DNA from: Ginkgo biloba
Lineage: Eukaryota; Plantae; Ginkgophyta
Direction of reading: 5' to 3'
NCBI GenBank assembly: GCA_024626585.2
Contig: JANKJI020000002.1
Coordinates: 36,718,017 to 36,744,801, forward strand
DNA: 26,785 nt
Below the pieces are notes generated by a model, which did no database searches, had not been told where the DNA came from, and was given only the letters and a program-made list of their open reading frames with translations. Shown here one piece after another: positions 1-10,815 of this stretch. Each line of letters begins with the position of its first letter. The first letter of the stretch is position 1. Made by a program: the position numbers and the translations under genes.

Positions 1-1255
1 ATTTTTATAGTAAAATATTCCCTTTTCAAATTATTTAAGTGAATATTATTTACAACATCAAACTTTATTAAAATTGTTTAGAATGAATTATAAATCAAAA
101 TGACTTTTCTACTATATACATTTATTTGATTGTAAAATTTTGGTTACTTCCATACAATTATTTCTCCTTTAAATGGCAGACATCGAATTCAATATTTATG
201 GTGAAAATGTGTTTGCCTTTGATTTTTCTCCATTTTCCAATTCCATAGTAAAATTGATATGATTTATAAGTTAATCAATTATCCCTTCTTCCATTTTCAT
301 ATCATTTGTTAGGGCGCGTATTGATTATTCTAGCTTTGAGGGGTATACAATAAACTTGCCAACATATTTAAGTTGTAATGTATTCTCCAAGTGAAGTTAG
401 TATAATAATTTCTTCTTATATTCCTTGGATATTTTATTGATATATTTAATTTTCTAATCAACTTCATTATCATTCATGTATATGACATTATCATCAATAA
501 TATGGTAAAATATATATTTTTTTAAATTTAATGGATTCCTTAATATTATCCATCTAATAGAGGCATGAAACCTTATTATTTTCCTTAATACCTACTTACT
601 TAGTAGCATAGTATATGTTCTCCAATTTGAGAAAGAATGTCTCTCTATACCTTACTTTTGTTTGAATTTATCTTTGTCATATTTTATTATAGGTTTTATT
701 TATATTATACCTACTACTATGAAAATAAAAGAATGAAGAGTATTCAAGGTCATACAAAGTCTATATAGCCAATATCTATATAGTCTAAAGGGATGAAAAC
801 ATTAAATATTCATTAGATTTTATTAAGTATTTATAAACTGTGGAAAAAAATTTGATACTTGAATTTTGAATTAAAAATATTATTAAAATTTGATAGATCT
901 TTAAATATTTGTAGAGTCAATGTTGGTTTGAAGGTCATATCAGATAGGAAGTTGAGTTTACTTGGAACTAAGATGAAACAACAAGATATTGTTAAGAGAA
1001 ATTAGAGAGACTTATCTTAGGAGTCAATGAACTCAAATATTTAAATAATATTCTAATATTTAAATATTAAGTCTATAGTTGTTGATTCATCATGGAANNN
1101 NNNNNNNNNNNNNNNNNNNNNNNNNNNNNNNNNNNNNNNNNNNNNNNNNNNNNNNNNNNNNNNNNNNNNNNNNNNNNNNNNNNNNNNNNNNNNNNNNAAT
1201 CATAAAACTTGCTTTGGTCAATAGGCTTGTGATTATTCTTCCCGAAATCCTATCA

Positions 1256-1270
1256 CCACTCCCCCTTTAA
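1256..1270 (-). promoter_or_regulatory. Polypurine tract followed by putative 3' LTR start (TG at 1255)
   Basis: Minus strand reads TTAAAGGGGGAGTGG|TGATAGG, a typical LTR-retrotransposon PPT abutting TG; the LTR runs into a gap at 1197. Confidence 0.55.
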
Positions 1271-1559
1271 GAAAAAGGAAGATAATTCAAAAGTAACAAA
1301 AGAGGAAGAATAAACCTTATTATTATGTATGCCACTAAAATTAATAGGTGTTCCCTTATGCTAAGATTATGTCTTTTTAATTTCTTCTTAATATTTAAAA
1401 TAAATTTATAATATTTTTCCAAGCTAACAATTGGAATTAGTTCCAACTCCTACTGATATGATGAATAAAATTAGATAATAAACTTGAGTGAAAAATTATA
1501 CTTGTTATTGATCCTAATGTGGAACTCAATGGGAAACTCATTAATAGCACAAATGTTAC

Positions 1560-2059
1560 TGTCTTACAACCTAGCATTAATGTTACCAACTCTTGGTTAG
1601 TTGTTCCTAATGATCCATGGGGTATAAATTCCTACAAATATACTCATTTATCTCATCCCAAGTGGTGATAGGTACTAATCAAGCTATATTGGCACTCTAT
1701 AAACATAGTTCATCTCACCATAAATATACATGCTTAATCATATTGAGCTTAACAAATAGACATTATTTCTTATCCTTAAATCCCTATGTCTTAAAGTGTG
1801 CTTCAATATCATAAAACTATGCATCTATCATATTGGCATTAATAGTCCCATTAAATGATAGCAATTTAATCTTGGTGTCAATCTTAGTTAAATACCTAGA
1901 ATAAAGAAGAGAATTGGTCAATGAAGAGGTATTGATACTAGAAACACTATATCTTATTGTTGTAAGATCTATCTATATGAAAATGATTTTCTTCCTTCAC
2001 ATTTCCACTTCCTCCATGAAAGTAGAGGGAGGATTTATGGGAGCCTTATTATTTTCCAT
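1560..2059 (-). mobile_element. Decayed Ty3/gypsy Gag (retrotransposon gag domain)
   Basis: Manual translation: KIKLLSFNGTINANMIDA*FYDIEAHF...KHVYLW*DE...PITTWDEINEYICRNLYPMDH*EQLTKSW*H. This fits the plant gypsy gag pattern (LPxFxG...W...LWW...TWxE...FYP), with many stops. Confidence 0.75.
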
Positions 2060-3110
2060 AGAAATCCTCAATAAATAAAATATCCAAGCACCAAAATAAA
2101 TAAAAAGATAAAGAGATGAATTAATAAAAAATTAACAATATAGAAAAACTCAAGAACTTAAAAGAAACTTCAATACTAATTAGGGTGATAATAGAGGGTC
2201 AATTATTAGATAAAAATTAAAGGAATCTCAGTGGAAATATAATAAATTTTCTAAGGATTACCCATAAGCTTCTTCCCTAGTAACTAAATAACTCCCATAG
2301 TTAGTATTTTGTTTCCTTGCATTTAGAATTTGGATTTTGATCTAGCCTCCCACCTCAATTCTCCTAAAAAATCCTTAGGCTAACATCTCAATGTTCCTTT
2401 GAAGTCTATAATGAGCATTTGATTCATGGAGTTCTCACTTTCTCTTACCTGAATCTTTGATTCTGGACATCATGGCATTTTAATCCTTACTTATCCTAGT
2501 GTAGTCTCATCAAAAATTTGGTGGGTTGGTTCATAAGTCCTCTATGCCATAATCTAGCTCTATTTTATTATGAACTTAGTGTCTCCCTCTTATTACCTAG
2601 TTTCAAACACAACACAACCCATCTCCTGAGGCATTTCCAACACTTCTAATGATCATCGATACCTTCTACATACCTTAACTCAGTTTCTTTGGCATTCCTC
2701 ACTCCATACACAACTCTATTCTTCATTACAAGGACACATATAAACCATTTAACTAGTTTGTCCATAACTCCACATAGCATATTCACAAACCAAACTTCTC
2801 TCAACCAGTTTGCAACTAGAATAAACCTATCTTCAAGGAATGTCCCACAGTAAAAAATAATTACTTAGTTTCTCATTCTCATAGAGATATCATGAGTTTT
2901 TCTTACACATTAAAATTTCACTAAAGACATAAAAATATCCTCTAGGATTTAAGAATTAATCTTAAAAGAAGCCTCTCACAATTCAGAACAACCACTAAAA
3001 ATCCCTTAAACACCAAAAACCACCTCATTTATTAATGAAAAAACCCAAAAATAAGCACATATCTACTTAATTCATGAACCTCATATAATTCAGGATAAGG
3101 ATATCCCATA

Positions 3111-3122
3111 TCTTTGATACCA
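3111..3122 (-). promoter_or_regulatory. tRNA-Met primer binding site after an LTR end
   Basis: Minus strand ...TTAACA TT TGGTATCAAAGA: LTR terminus CA at 3125-3126, then a near-consensus TGGTATCAGAGC. Confidence 0.75.
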
Positions 3123-3124
3123 AA

Positions 3125-3438
3125 TGTTAAAACATGAAGTTAGAATTGATCTAACAACATAGAGATACAGACATAGAACACTAAAAATTTGGTAGCATTA
3201 GTCTACCTGCAATTTCATTAATGCTTATTCCTTCATATACGTACAAAGAATTTACATGTATAAATACATATTACAATCGGTAACGATCATTTTATGATTT
3301 ACCACATGTCCAGACATGTGTCACATAGGAAATGACCTAAAGATGACTCACCCCTATGACACATTGACCCACATTAATTGCCTTAAGTATCATATCATGG
3401 TTATGACCCTAGTTATAATATGTAAACATTAAATATAT
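3125..3438 (-). mobile_element. Partial 5' LTR (truncated by gap)
   Basis: Ends in AACA immediately before the PBS; other end lost in an N gap. Confidence 0.55.
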
Positions 3439-4178
3439 NNNNNNNNNNNNNNNNNNNNNNNNNNNNNNNNNNNNNNNNNNNNNNNNNNNNNNNNNNNNNN
3501 NNNNNNNNNNNNNNNNNNNNNNNNNNNNNNNNNNNNNNAAACTCTTGTTGTTAACTTCATTAAATGCGAAGTTCCTCATAAAAAATTTGGCTCATCTCTA
3601 TAGAATGTTCATGAGATTCTTCTTCTGAAGTGAGAACGATATGACCCTATTTGTTAGCTATGTTTGTGTAGGTTTTGTTTAAGTGAGAGGAGAGGAAAAC
3701 TAGAACTCCGTAAAAGCCTAGACAAAAGGTGCACTGGGAGGAGAAGCTATAGAGATAGTTTGAGCAATGGGATTGACCTTTCTCTGTGGCAAGCACATGG
3801 TCACCGATACTAGGAAAGTGCAATGATAAACCCCCTCAGGTCTATCTTTCTTGGAAGCATGCACTTTGACACTTTGTAGAGTTCTCAAGGTCAACACACA
3901 AAAGACTCAAACTTAGGGTGCACAGTAAATAGTCTCCGAGTAATGTTAACTATCAGAGAAAAAGTTATCCCTCCCTAAATGAGTGGTCCTACGAGAAGAA
4001 GAAAAAGTGTGTAGTGAATGTTTTCAGAGTGCCAAAAGAAAAGTTACTAAAGAGATTGAAAATATTGTCAAATGGAACAAAAAACATAAAATAAACCATA
4101 AGTAACTTATAGTGAATGGAGTGGTAAGTATATGAGTCGTTGAGAGTAGCTGTGAAAAAATTGCTTGAAAAATTTATA

Positions 4179-4376
4179 AAAACCACTTTTTGGAGAGTGG
4201 TTTTAGATAAACCGTGATTTTAGAGAAACCATTTTGGCTTGGAAAGTGGTTTTAGAGTTTATTGAAAAAGTGATTTTAAAGAAACCACTTTTGCTTGGAG
4301 AGTGATTTTGAAGACCCCACTAGTTGAAAGAGAGTGGTTTAAAAAAGTTGGTTTTGGGAAAATCACTTTTTAAGTG
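4179..4376. repeat. Degenerate array of AAACCACTTT...AGTGGTTTT inverted-repeat units
   Basis: About 4 imperfect hairpin units, e.g. AAAACCACTTTTTGGAGAGTGGTTTT (4179-4204) and AAACCACTTTTGCTTGGAGAGTGATTTT (from 4282). Confidence 0.7.
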
Positions 4377-5095
4377 AACTCCTAAAAATTTGAGGTAAAA
4401 TTAGAAAAATATGGAAATAATTTCTTAAAATTACCTTAAAGAGTGAGGAACCTAAATTAGGCTCTCATATAAATTGAATGTGAGCAATGGGACCCACAAA
4501 TGCCAAAGGTTTGGATGAAGTAGTTTATAGATTTTCTTGGTACAATAGCATGCACAAGAGATAATTATTTGAGATTAAAACTAGCATGATTTACTTATAA
4601 AGTATAAATCATAAATAGAAGTACAAATTATAATGTCACTTTCACTTGTACATTGCGACATAAAACTTAAGTGAAAATTAACTCAAAGATAAATTAGACA
4701 CACTTTATAACAAAATACTTAAGTCACTTAATGAGTTGAATAGTGACTAAGTACCATGAAACTACTAGTGTCCAATACAATATAGAATTGAAGCTCATCA
4801 ATTATAATCCATGCAGATGAAGAAAAACTAGCCTTGAAGGAATCAAAGAAAGAATAAATTGAAGATAAAGAGAAACTTATTGAAGAACATAAAGGAGATA
4901 AAGAACATGATGTTGAATAAGGATGAACAAGNNNNNNNNNNNNNNNNNNNNNNTAGTTATTATAAGTTATGAAGATAAAATACATGATGAAGAAAAGTTG
5001 CAAAAAGAATCCTTTATGGAAGAGATACCTAAGGAGAAACCAAGAGTTAAGGACATATAGACCAAAAATTAATATAGGAATAAGAGGTGAAAGGT

Positions 5096-5425
5096 TCTCT
5101 AGAAGTAGTATCAAGACTTCCAAAGCTATACACATTTAGGACTCATGGCTACATAAAAAAATCTAAGCTACTCATGATGGTACATTCAAGAGCTATACAA
5201 AACTTTATGGATAAAAGGAAAGTTAAAAGATTGGAATTATAGATCAAACTACATCTATTTACTATTATGAACCCTAGACATAAGAAGATTATATGTGAAT
5301 GAATATACAAAAATATGCAAGTATAAATTGGTAAACATATATTAAATAACTATTTATTTGTTGCTCTACTTAGAGGTATCGATGCAATATTAGGATTTTA
5401 ATGGTTACAAACTTTGGGAATGCAT
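5096..5425 (+). mobile_element. Decayed Ty3/gypsy aspartic protease
   Basis: SLEVVSRLPKLYTFRTHGYIKKSKLLMMVHSRAIQNFMD...LRGIDAILGF*WLQTLG, degenerate versions of (L/V)DSGATHNFID and GxDxILGxxWLxTLG. Confidence 0.8.
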
Positions 5426-5609
5426 GTGAAAAATCACATAAATATTTTATGGAATTCAAGCCAAAATGGATAAATTACAAGATCCATGGCATAAAATTAA
5501 CCTAAGTAGATTAACCACAACTCAAAAAAGGGGGGAAAATTTAAGCACTGGAAGATTATTCAGTATGATAGTATGACCAAAGGTATAGAGAAAGGATATG
5601 TAGGGGATA

Positions 5610-5720
5610 GAAATAAAAGTTGAAGACCATGATAATATCATCCCACTTGACATCAAAGGTAATTATTACACATGCCATATCATCCTAGGATGAAATAAAA
5701 GTTGAAGACCATGATAATAT
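5610..5720 (+). repeat. Perfect 29-bp direct repeat (5610-5638, 5692-5720)
   Basis: GAAATAAAAGTTGAAGACCATGATAATAT occurs twice, 53 bp apart. Confidence 0.95.
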
Positions 5721-6036
5721 ATAGAGTTAGCACTCCTTTTAATTACTATAAAGGAATGATGAGAAATAAAAACAATCCCATTGCAATAAAACATTCATCA
5801 TAAAAGAAGAAAAGAAGGACAAGAATATGGAATTGTATTGACACCCCCAATCTCATGAAGTCGGATGTATTGAATTAAATAAAGAGAGATCTCTGATAAT
5901 GGAAAATTCAATGATTCATAACATATCAAAATTCACNNNNNNNNNNNNNNNNNNNNNNNNNNNNNNNNNNNNNNNNNNNNNNNNNNNNNNNNNNNNNNNN
6001 NNNNNNNNNNNNNNNNNNNNNNNNNNNNNNNNNNNN

Positions 6037-6598
6037 CCTCTAATCTCTTGGTGGTTTCAAATCCATTATGATTTTAACCTTGGCCATGTCTCCCATGATT
6101 CCATCTTTACAAACGATGTGGCCAAGTAGTACTCCAAATGGAGTAAAGAAAATGTTCTTTTTGATATTTAGGTACAATCTCACTTGTCAACACCTCTCGA
6201 GCATCATCCTTAATTGCTTGATGTGGTCTTTGAGAAGACCATAGACTGTCCACTCGTGAAAGTATGCTTCCAGGAATTTATGCATAAATTCTTGAAAGAC
6301 TTTGACTAGAATCCTTGAAAATACTTCTGGCGCATTCTTCGACCCAAACAGCATGATAGTATATGCGAAGGATTCCCATTCCGAGGTGAATGTTGTCTTG
6401 TGTCGATCTTCGACAATAATCTTAACTAGATTATACCTAGAAAATTTATCTATGAACAAAAATATATCACTCCTTGAGATGTTCTATAATATATCTTCCA
6501 TTTATGGTGTTAGGAATGGATCCATGATTATTGCCTTTTTAAGTTCTCTATAATCAACACAGACACACATTCTATTTTTTTGTTTCTTTGATACCAAT
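6037..6598 (-). mobile_element. Decayed Ty3/gypsy reverse transcriptase
   Basis: KKQKNRMCVCVDYREL...DKFSRYN...EDRHKTTFTSEW...MLFGSKNAPEVFSR...AYFHEW (YxDD eroded)...LERC*QVRLYLNIKK...LLGHIVCKDG. Confidence 0.9.
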
Positions 6599-7843
6599 TC
6601 TAACATGCATATTGTAAGCATACTTAAAATTAACTTCTAGAATGGAAAACCATTAATCTTGCTAAAATAAATAGGTTACAGTGGAATAAATTTAGTATTT
6701 ACAAAATTATTATAATAATATATGATATATGTTAAGTACCTAACTCTCTTTGGGATGAAACATTTAAAACGTTTAATCGATGACAAGTAATAAGTAACCA
6801 CCTATCTTCAAGATAGAACACATTAAACCTCAATCAAAGAGAATTGATGTGTGAGTGAATCATTTTTTTCTTGTTGTACTACCTATAATAATACCTCTAC
6901 TCATTATTATATTGGATGATACAAATGCACAAAATAATAAATAGGGATTTATTAAGAATCTAACCACATACACCAATCAAATAATAAAATGGGAGGCTTT
7001 CATATGTAGTATAATTATATTCTATTTCTATTTCGTATTAAAATTTCATATCATTAATAATAAATTTATTGTCAAAATATTAGAACCACAAATCCATCAT
7101 GACATTTTTGTTTTCACATTATTATATTATATCATACAAATTGAAGTAATTCAACATACTATAGCCATAGAAAAGGTTGAAATAATGCAGTATTTATTAA
7201 TACTAATATGAAAATATGAACTTAGTCTATTTTAAGATTATATCCCATGATAAACTTATGTATGAAATTAATTCCATATTAAATTATTTTTTTGGCCAAG
7301 TTAAAAATAGAAAACTAGGCAATTAATGCCTTTATGATCTTACTTCAGGACTTTCATTACCAGATGCATTGTCATTATGGGTTGGAAAAATAATTTGATT
7401 TATCTTTATTTAGATATTAATGTAATACTAAACTAGTGATTTATTTCCATTAATCCCCATTAAAGCCAATAATTTTATATCTGAGAAGAGATAAGAAAAA
7501 GTTCATCCCTCCCATATTATTATTCTTTTGTAGTATTTTATCACTTGTGTTTCATACACTCATTAAATTAGATATAGCACTTTAGGTGTAATTTCCATAA
7601 GGAGGAATGAAATAATACAATTATGTCTACTAACAATATGGTTATTTTATGTTTAGTTCCTTATATTGTGTAGGCACAATATTTCAATGAATATACCAAC
7701 TCTATTTTAGGAATTAAAACTTACTACATCACATGATTCAATGCATTAATATATGAATGCTTAGACATGATAGATCAAAAACCATTGTCATAAAGAATTT
7801 ATAACCACATACTTCTCATGATGCATGAAATCACTCAAATGTT
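6572..7843 (+). repeat. ~1.27-kb dispersed repeat, copy 1
   Basis: Collinear with 14490-15763 at near-constant offset (7918-7920); 51/60 identity in the one 60-nt block counted. Confidence 0.92.
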
Positions 7844-9005
7844 TATCTCATGAAACCCCACAATGTAGTTTTTTATTCAATGGGATTCACATATATAAGT
7901 TATAGCCAAAGAATGTTTATTATATAGACAAATAATAGATTTATTCTTGGTCATGTGATTCAAAGAAACATATTCAATGGAGAGAGAATAATCATATGAT
8001 ACATTATGATTTTAATAGGGTATTTATAATAAAAAATTATATAAACCATCTCTCCTCTCTTTGGTATTTGTCATATGAATAATCCTCAATATAGATATTC
8101 AAAAATGAAAATATATAGGATTTCAATTTCTTCATTATATAAATTCCATGATTACTTTTTATGGAAACCTTCATATGTCATGAACAATAATTATGTAATT
8201 TCTAAAGTAAGAAGATAGACCTATTGTCTTGAATCATGAAATTAAAAAACTAGAAAAGGTAACCACATTTAATAAAAATATGTTATTCATAATATATAAA
8301 TTAAGAAAATAGTTTCAGTATTTTTTGAGAATTGACTTTGAATTTGACTATAAACATCCACACAAAAGAAGAAAACATAATGTGTAAGTAGATATTTTTT
8401 TCAAAACAACCAAAAGAAATAATATTGTTTATGATTACTATGATAATCATCGTATGGATGAATGAAAATTAAATAGAATACATAAAGTATAAATATATTG
8501 TTTAAATATNNNNNNNNNNNNNNNNNNGTTCACTATACACTTTTAAATCTATTTAGAAAGTATCATTCTATAGTGCACAGAAAGGATCCACTTTAGACTA
8601 CAATCTAATTTTCAAAAATAGGTTTCATGATAAGGGTACATAATGCACCTATTATGATGTATAGTATTTTGAGTAAATATAATATATTTGATAATAAAAT
8701 AATTCAAATACATATCATATAATATGATATAAGTCAAACTAAAAAAATCCATACATNNNNNNNNNNNNNNNNNNNNNNNNNNNNNNNNNNNNNNNNNNNN
8801 NNNNNNNNNNNNNNNNNNNNNNNNNNNNNNNNNNNNNNNNNNNNNNNNNNNNNNNNAATTTTCATTTCACAATCACCAATCCTCCAACACTAAGTAGGTA
8901 CATCAATAAACAAACTAAAAATAATGGGACACAATCTTAAATGGAATTTTTATTAATATTAAGATAGTACATAAAATAAATATAACTTTTTTGAGAAGGT
9001 GTGGA

Positions 9006-9636
9006 TGTTAACTAGGCCTAAGATACTCCATAAATAGTATGGTAACTACTCTTGTCCAATAAAATATTCTCTTATATATTTTCATATACAAAAAAATAGT
9101 TTTTCCATTAGGTAAAGACACTTTTGATAGATGCCAATTAACTCCTAACTAATTCCTAGATTAACTCCAACTATCTCCTACATTCTCTCAAATTTATTCC
9201 TAAAATAACTCAAACAAACTCCTAAACTAACTCTAAATGTATCTTAAACTAACTTCAACTAATTTCTAAACTACCTCCAATTATCTCCTAAACTATTGCT
9301 GGGCATTTGTTAACCAAGGTCTTAGGACTGTAAGTGCAACAATGATAACAATCAAATTATTCCATTAATTTTTGTGAACAACATCTTGTTGAACATTCTT
9401 TGATAGTATTATACTTATTTGTTAATGCTCAGGGCTCATTTATTAGCCACATTTCTCATTCATTGAAACTCCATTACCCATTCATCAAAGTTGCATTGCC
9501 CATTTTTTGAACTCTATTACTCGTTCATCGAAGTCCTTAGGTTGTATGTCACCATTATTGTAGAGTCTTAGATGAATAATCATTTTTAGTAGCAACATCA
9601 TGACTATTGTATTTATTCATAGATGGAATCATAACA
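9006..9636 (-). mobile_element. Putative 3' LTR (631 bp, possibly copia-type)
   Basis: Minus strand starts TGTTAT (9636) and ends TTAACA (9006), giving a TGTTA/TAACA terminal inverted repeat. It is preceded by a PPT and contains a degenerate AACTCCTAAACT tandem block (~9140-9295) and a TATATAAG near 9072-9079. Confidence 0.7.
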
Positions 9637-9650
9637 TTTCCCCCTCATTT
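9637..9650 (-). promoter_or_regulatory. Polypurine tract
   Basis: AAATGAGGGGGAAA directly followed by TGTTAT. Confidence 0.75.
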
Positions 9651-9692
9651 AATTGATTTTTCCTAAAGAAATTAGAGTGACGGATGTTATAG

Positions 9693-10815
9693 TATTTCTA
9701 GGCTTTTCATGATTGTTGCAATAATGGAACGATTCAATTCAATAATGGGGATCATCCTTATGTTCATGTAAATAGTACTTATCCTTTAAAACATTCAATC
9801 TAGGGTATTTCAAGTTATTCCATCAAGGCCAAATTATAAACATAGGATGCAAAAGGTGCCATTCCATGATAACATCATCCCCCTATATGGATAGGATCTG
9901 GAATGAAATCATATCTAAGTGAATGCATTATTAATAATGATGCCACCCATGTTATATATATATAATCATAAACATAAAAATCTTTTGTAAGAGAAGTATA
10001 TACCACAGGTTTAACAACTCTAATAGTAGGATTGATGTTTCCTGTTAGTTTCTCAAGATTAAATGGAAAAGAAAGGCCTACAAAGTTAAATCCACCACAT
10101 GTGTAGTATACAATTTTATTTGGGATTTCTCCCAAAATTTCCACTTATATTATACATTCCTCACTAATAATTATGGTGCATAAGTTCATGATTAAGTATA
10201 ATACCCAAGGAATATTGGGTGTCGACATTAGTTAATGCCACCTCTACTACCTCTAAAACTATAATACTAAAACTACCTATACTATTAGGGTCTTTACTAA
10301 TAATGAATCACCCTATATTAATCAAGTCATATGGATTCAGATGGAATTTTTCTCCCCATGTTTCCATCATCATTTTATGATAAGGCTTATGATCATAAGA
10401 AGCACGAACTTGCCATACCTTAGACTGGAGATCAAACAAACTGCATACAAAGGCTAGTGCACTGCCCCATTGCCCAGCACCAGTTTCTGTTACAAGGCTT
10501 TTGACACCTTCATATTTATAGTAAATCCTTGAAGGAGTTCCAAGCATCTTCTATAATCTATTTTCCCTAAAAAAATATGTTGATCGCCAACATTTGTACA
10601 CCTCAAGCACCTCTTCTGGAATGTCAATGTATCTCCGTTGACTGGCTTCTTGCATGATCATTTCTTTTGGAAAGAGAGGGAAAAAATCTTTGAGTTTAAG
10701 CGGTTCACGAGTCTCTGGATTTAAGGCAGGTGGAGGTGGCTCAGGAAGGTCAGCAATCAAATTGTACCACTTACGAGGCATATCTTCATCATCCAGCATT
10801 ATCTTCAGCCTTGAG
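9693..10815 (-). pseudogene. trpB2: Type-2 tryptophan synthase beta chain (At5g38530/TrpB2-like), intronless, 3'-truncated; 3' half of chimera
   Basis: MPRKWYNLIADLPEPPPP...IDIPEEVLEVY...RIYYKYEG|VKSLVTETGAGQWGSALAF...DPNSIGS...GGFNFVGLSFPF...DFIPDPIHIGG*CYHGMAP...IP*IECFKG. Stops at 10551, 10308, 10145, 9875 and further 3'; frameshifts near 10172 and 9757. Confidence 0.95.

Noticed and set aside
180-540. Minus-strand ...PY/IDDNVIYMNDNEVD... resembling an RT YIDD motif (caulimovirid or gypsy)
   Set aside because: Needs a frameshift, and upstream RT motifs (PFGLxNAP, DxxxGY) were not found; too eroded to call.
1037-1069. AATATTTAAATATT palindrome
   Set aside because: Expected by chance in such AT-rich DNA.
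4728-5135. 135-aa hydrophobic minus-strand ORF
   Set aside because: Spans an N gap and is antisense to purine-rich gypsy gag-protease sequence.
5610-5720. CRISPR-like repeat-spacer-repeat
   Set aside because: Only two repeats, no cas genes, lies within plant retroelement pol sequence.
9693-10815. Horizontal transfer or bacterial contamination as source of intronless trpB2
   Set aside because: Plants have a native type-2 TSB that matches well, and the segment is fused to a sequence with a spliceosomal intron among plant retroelements. A phylogeny would settle it.
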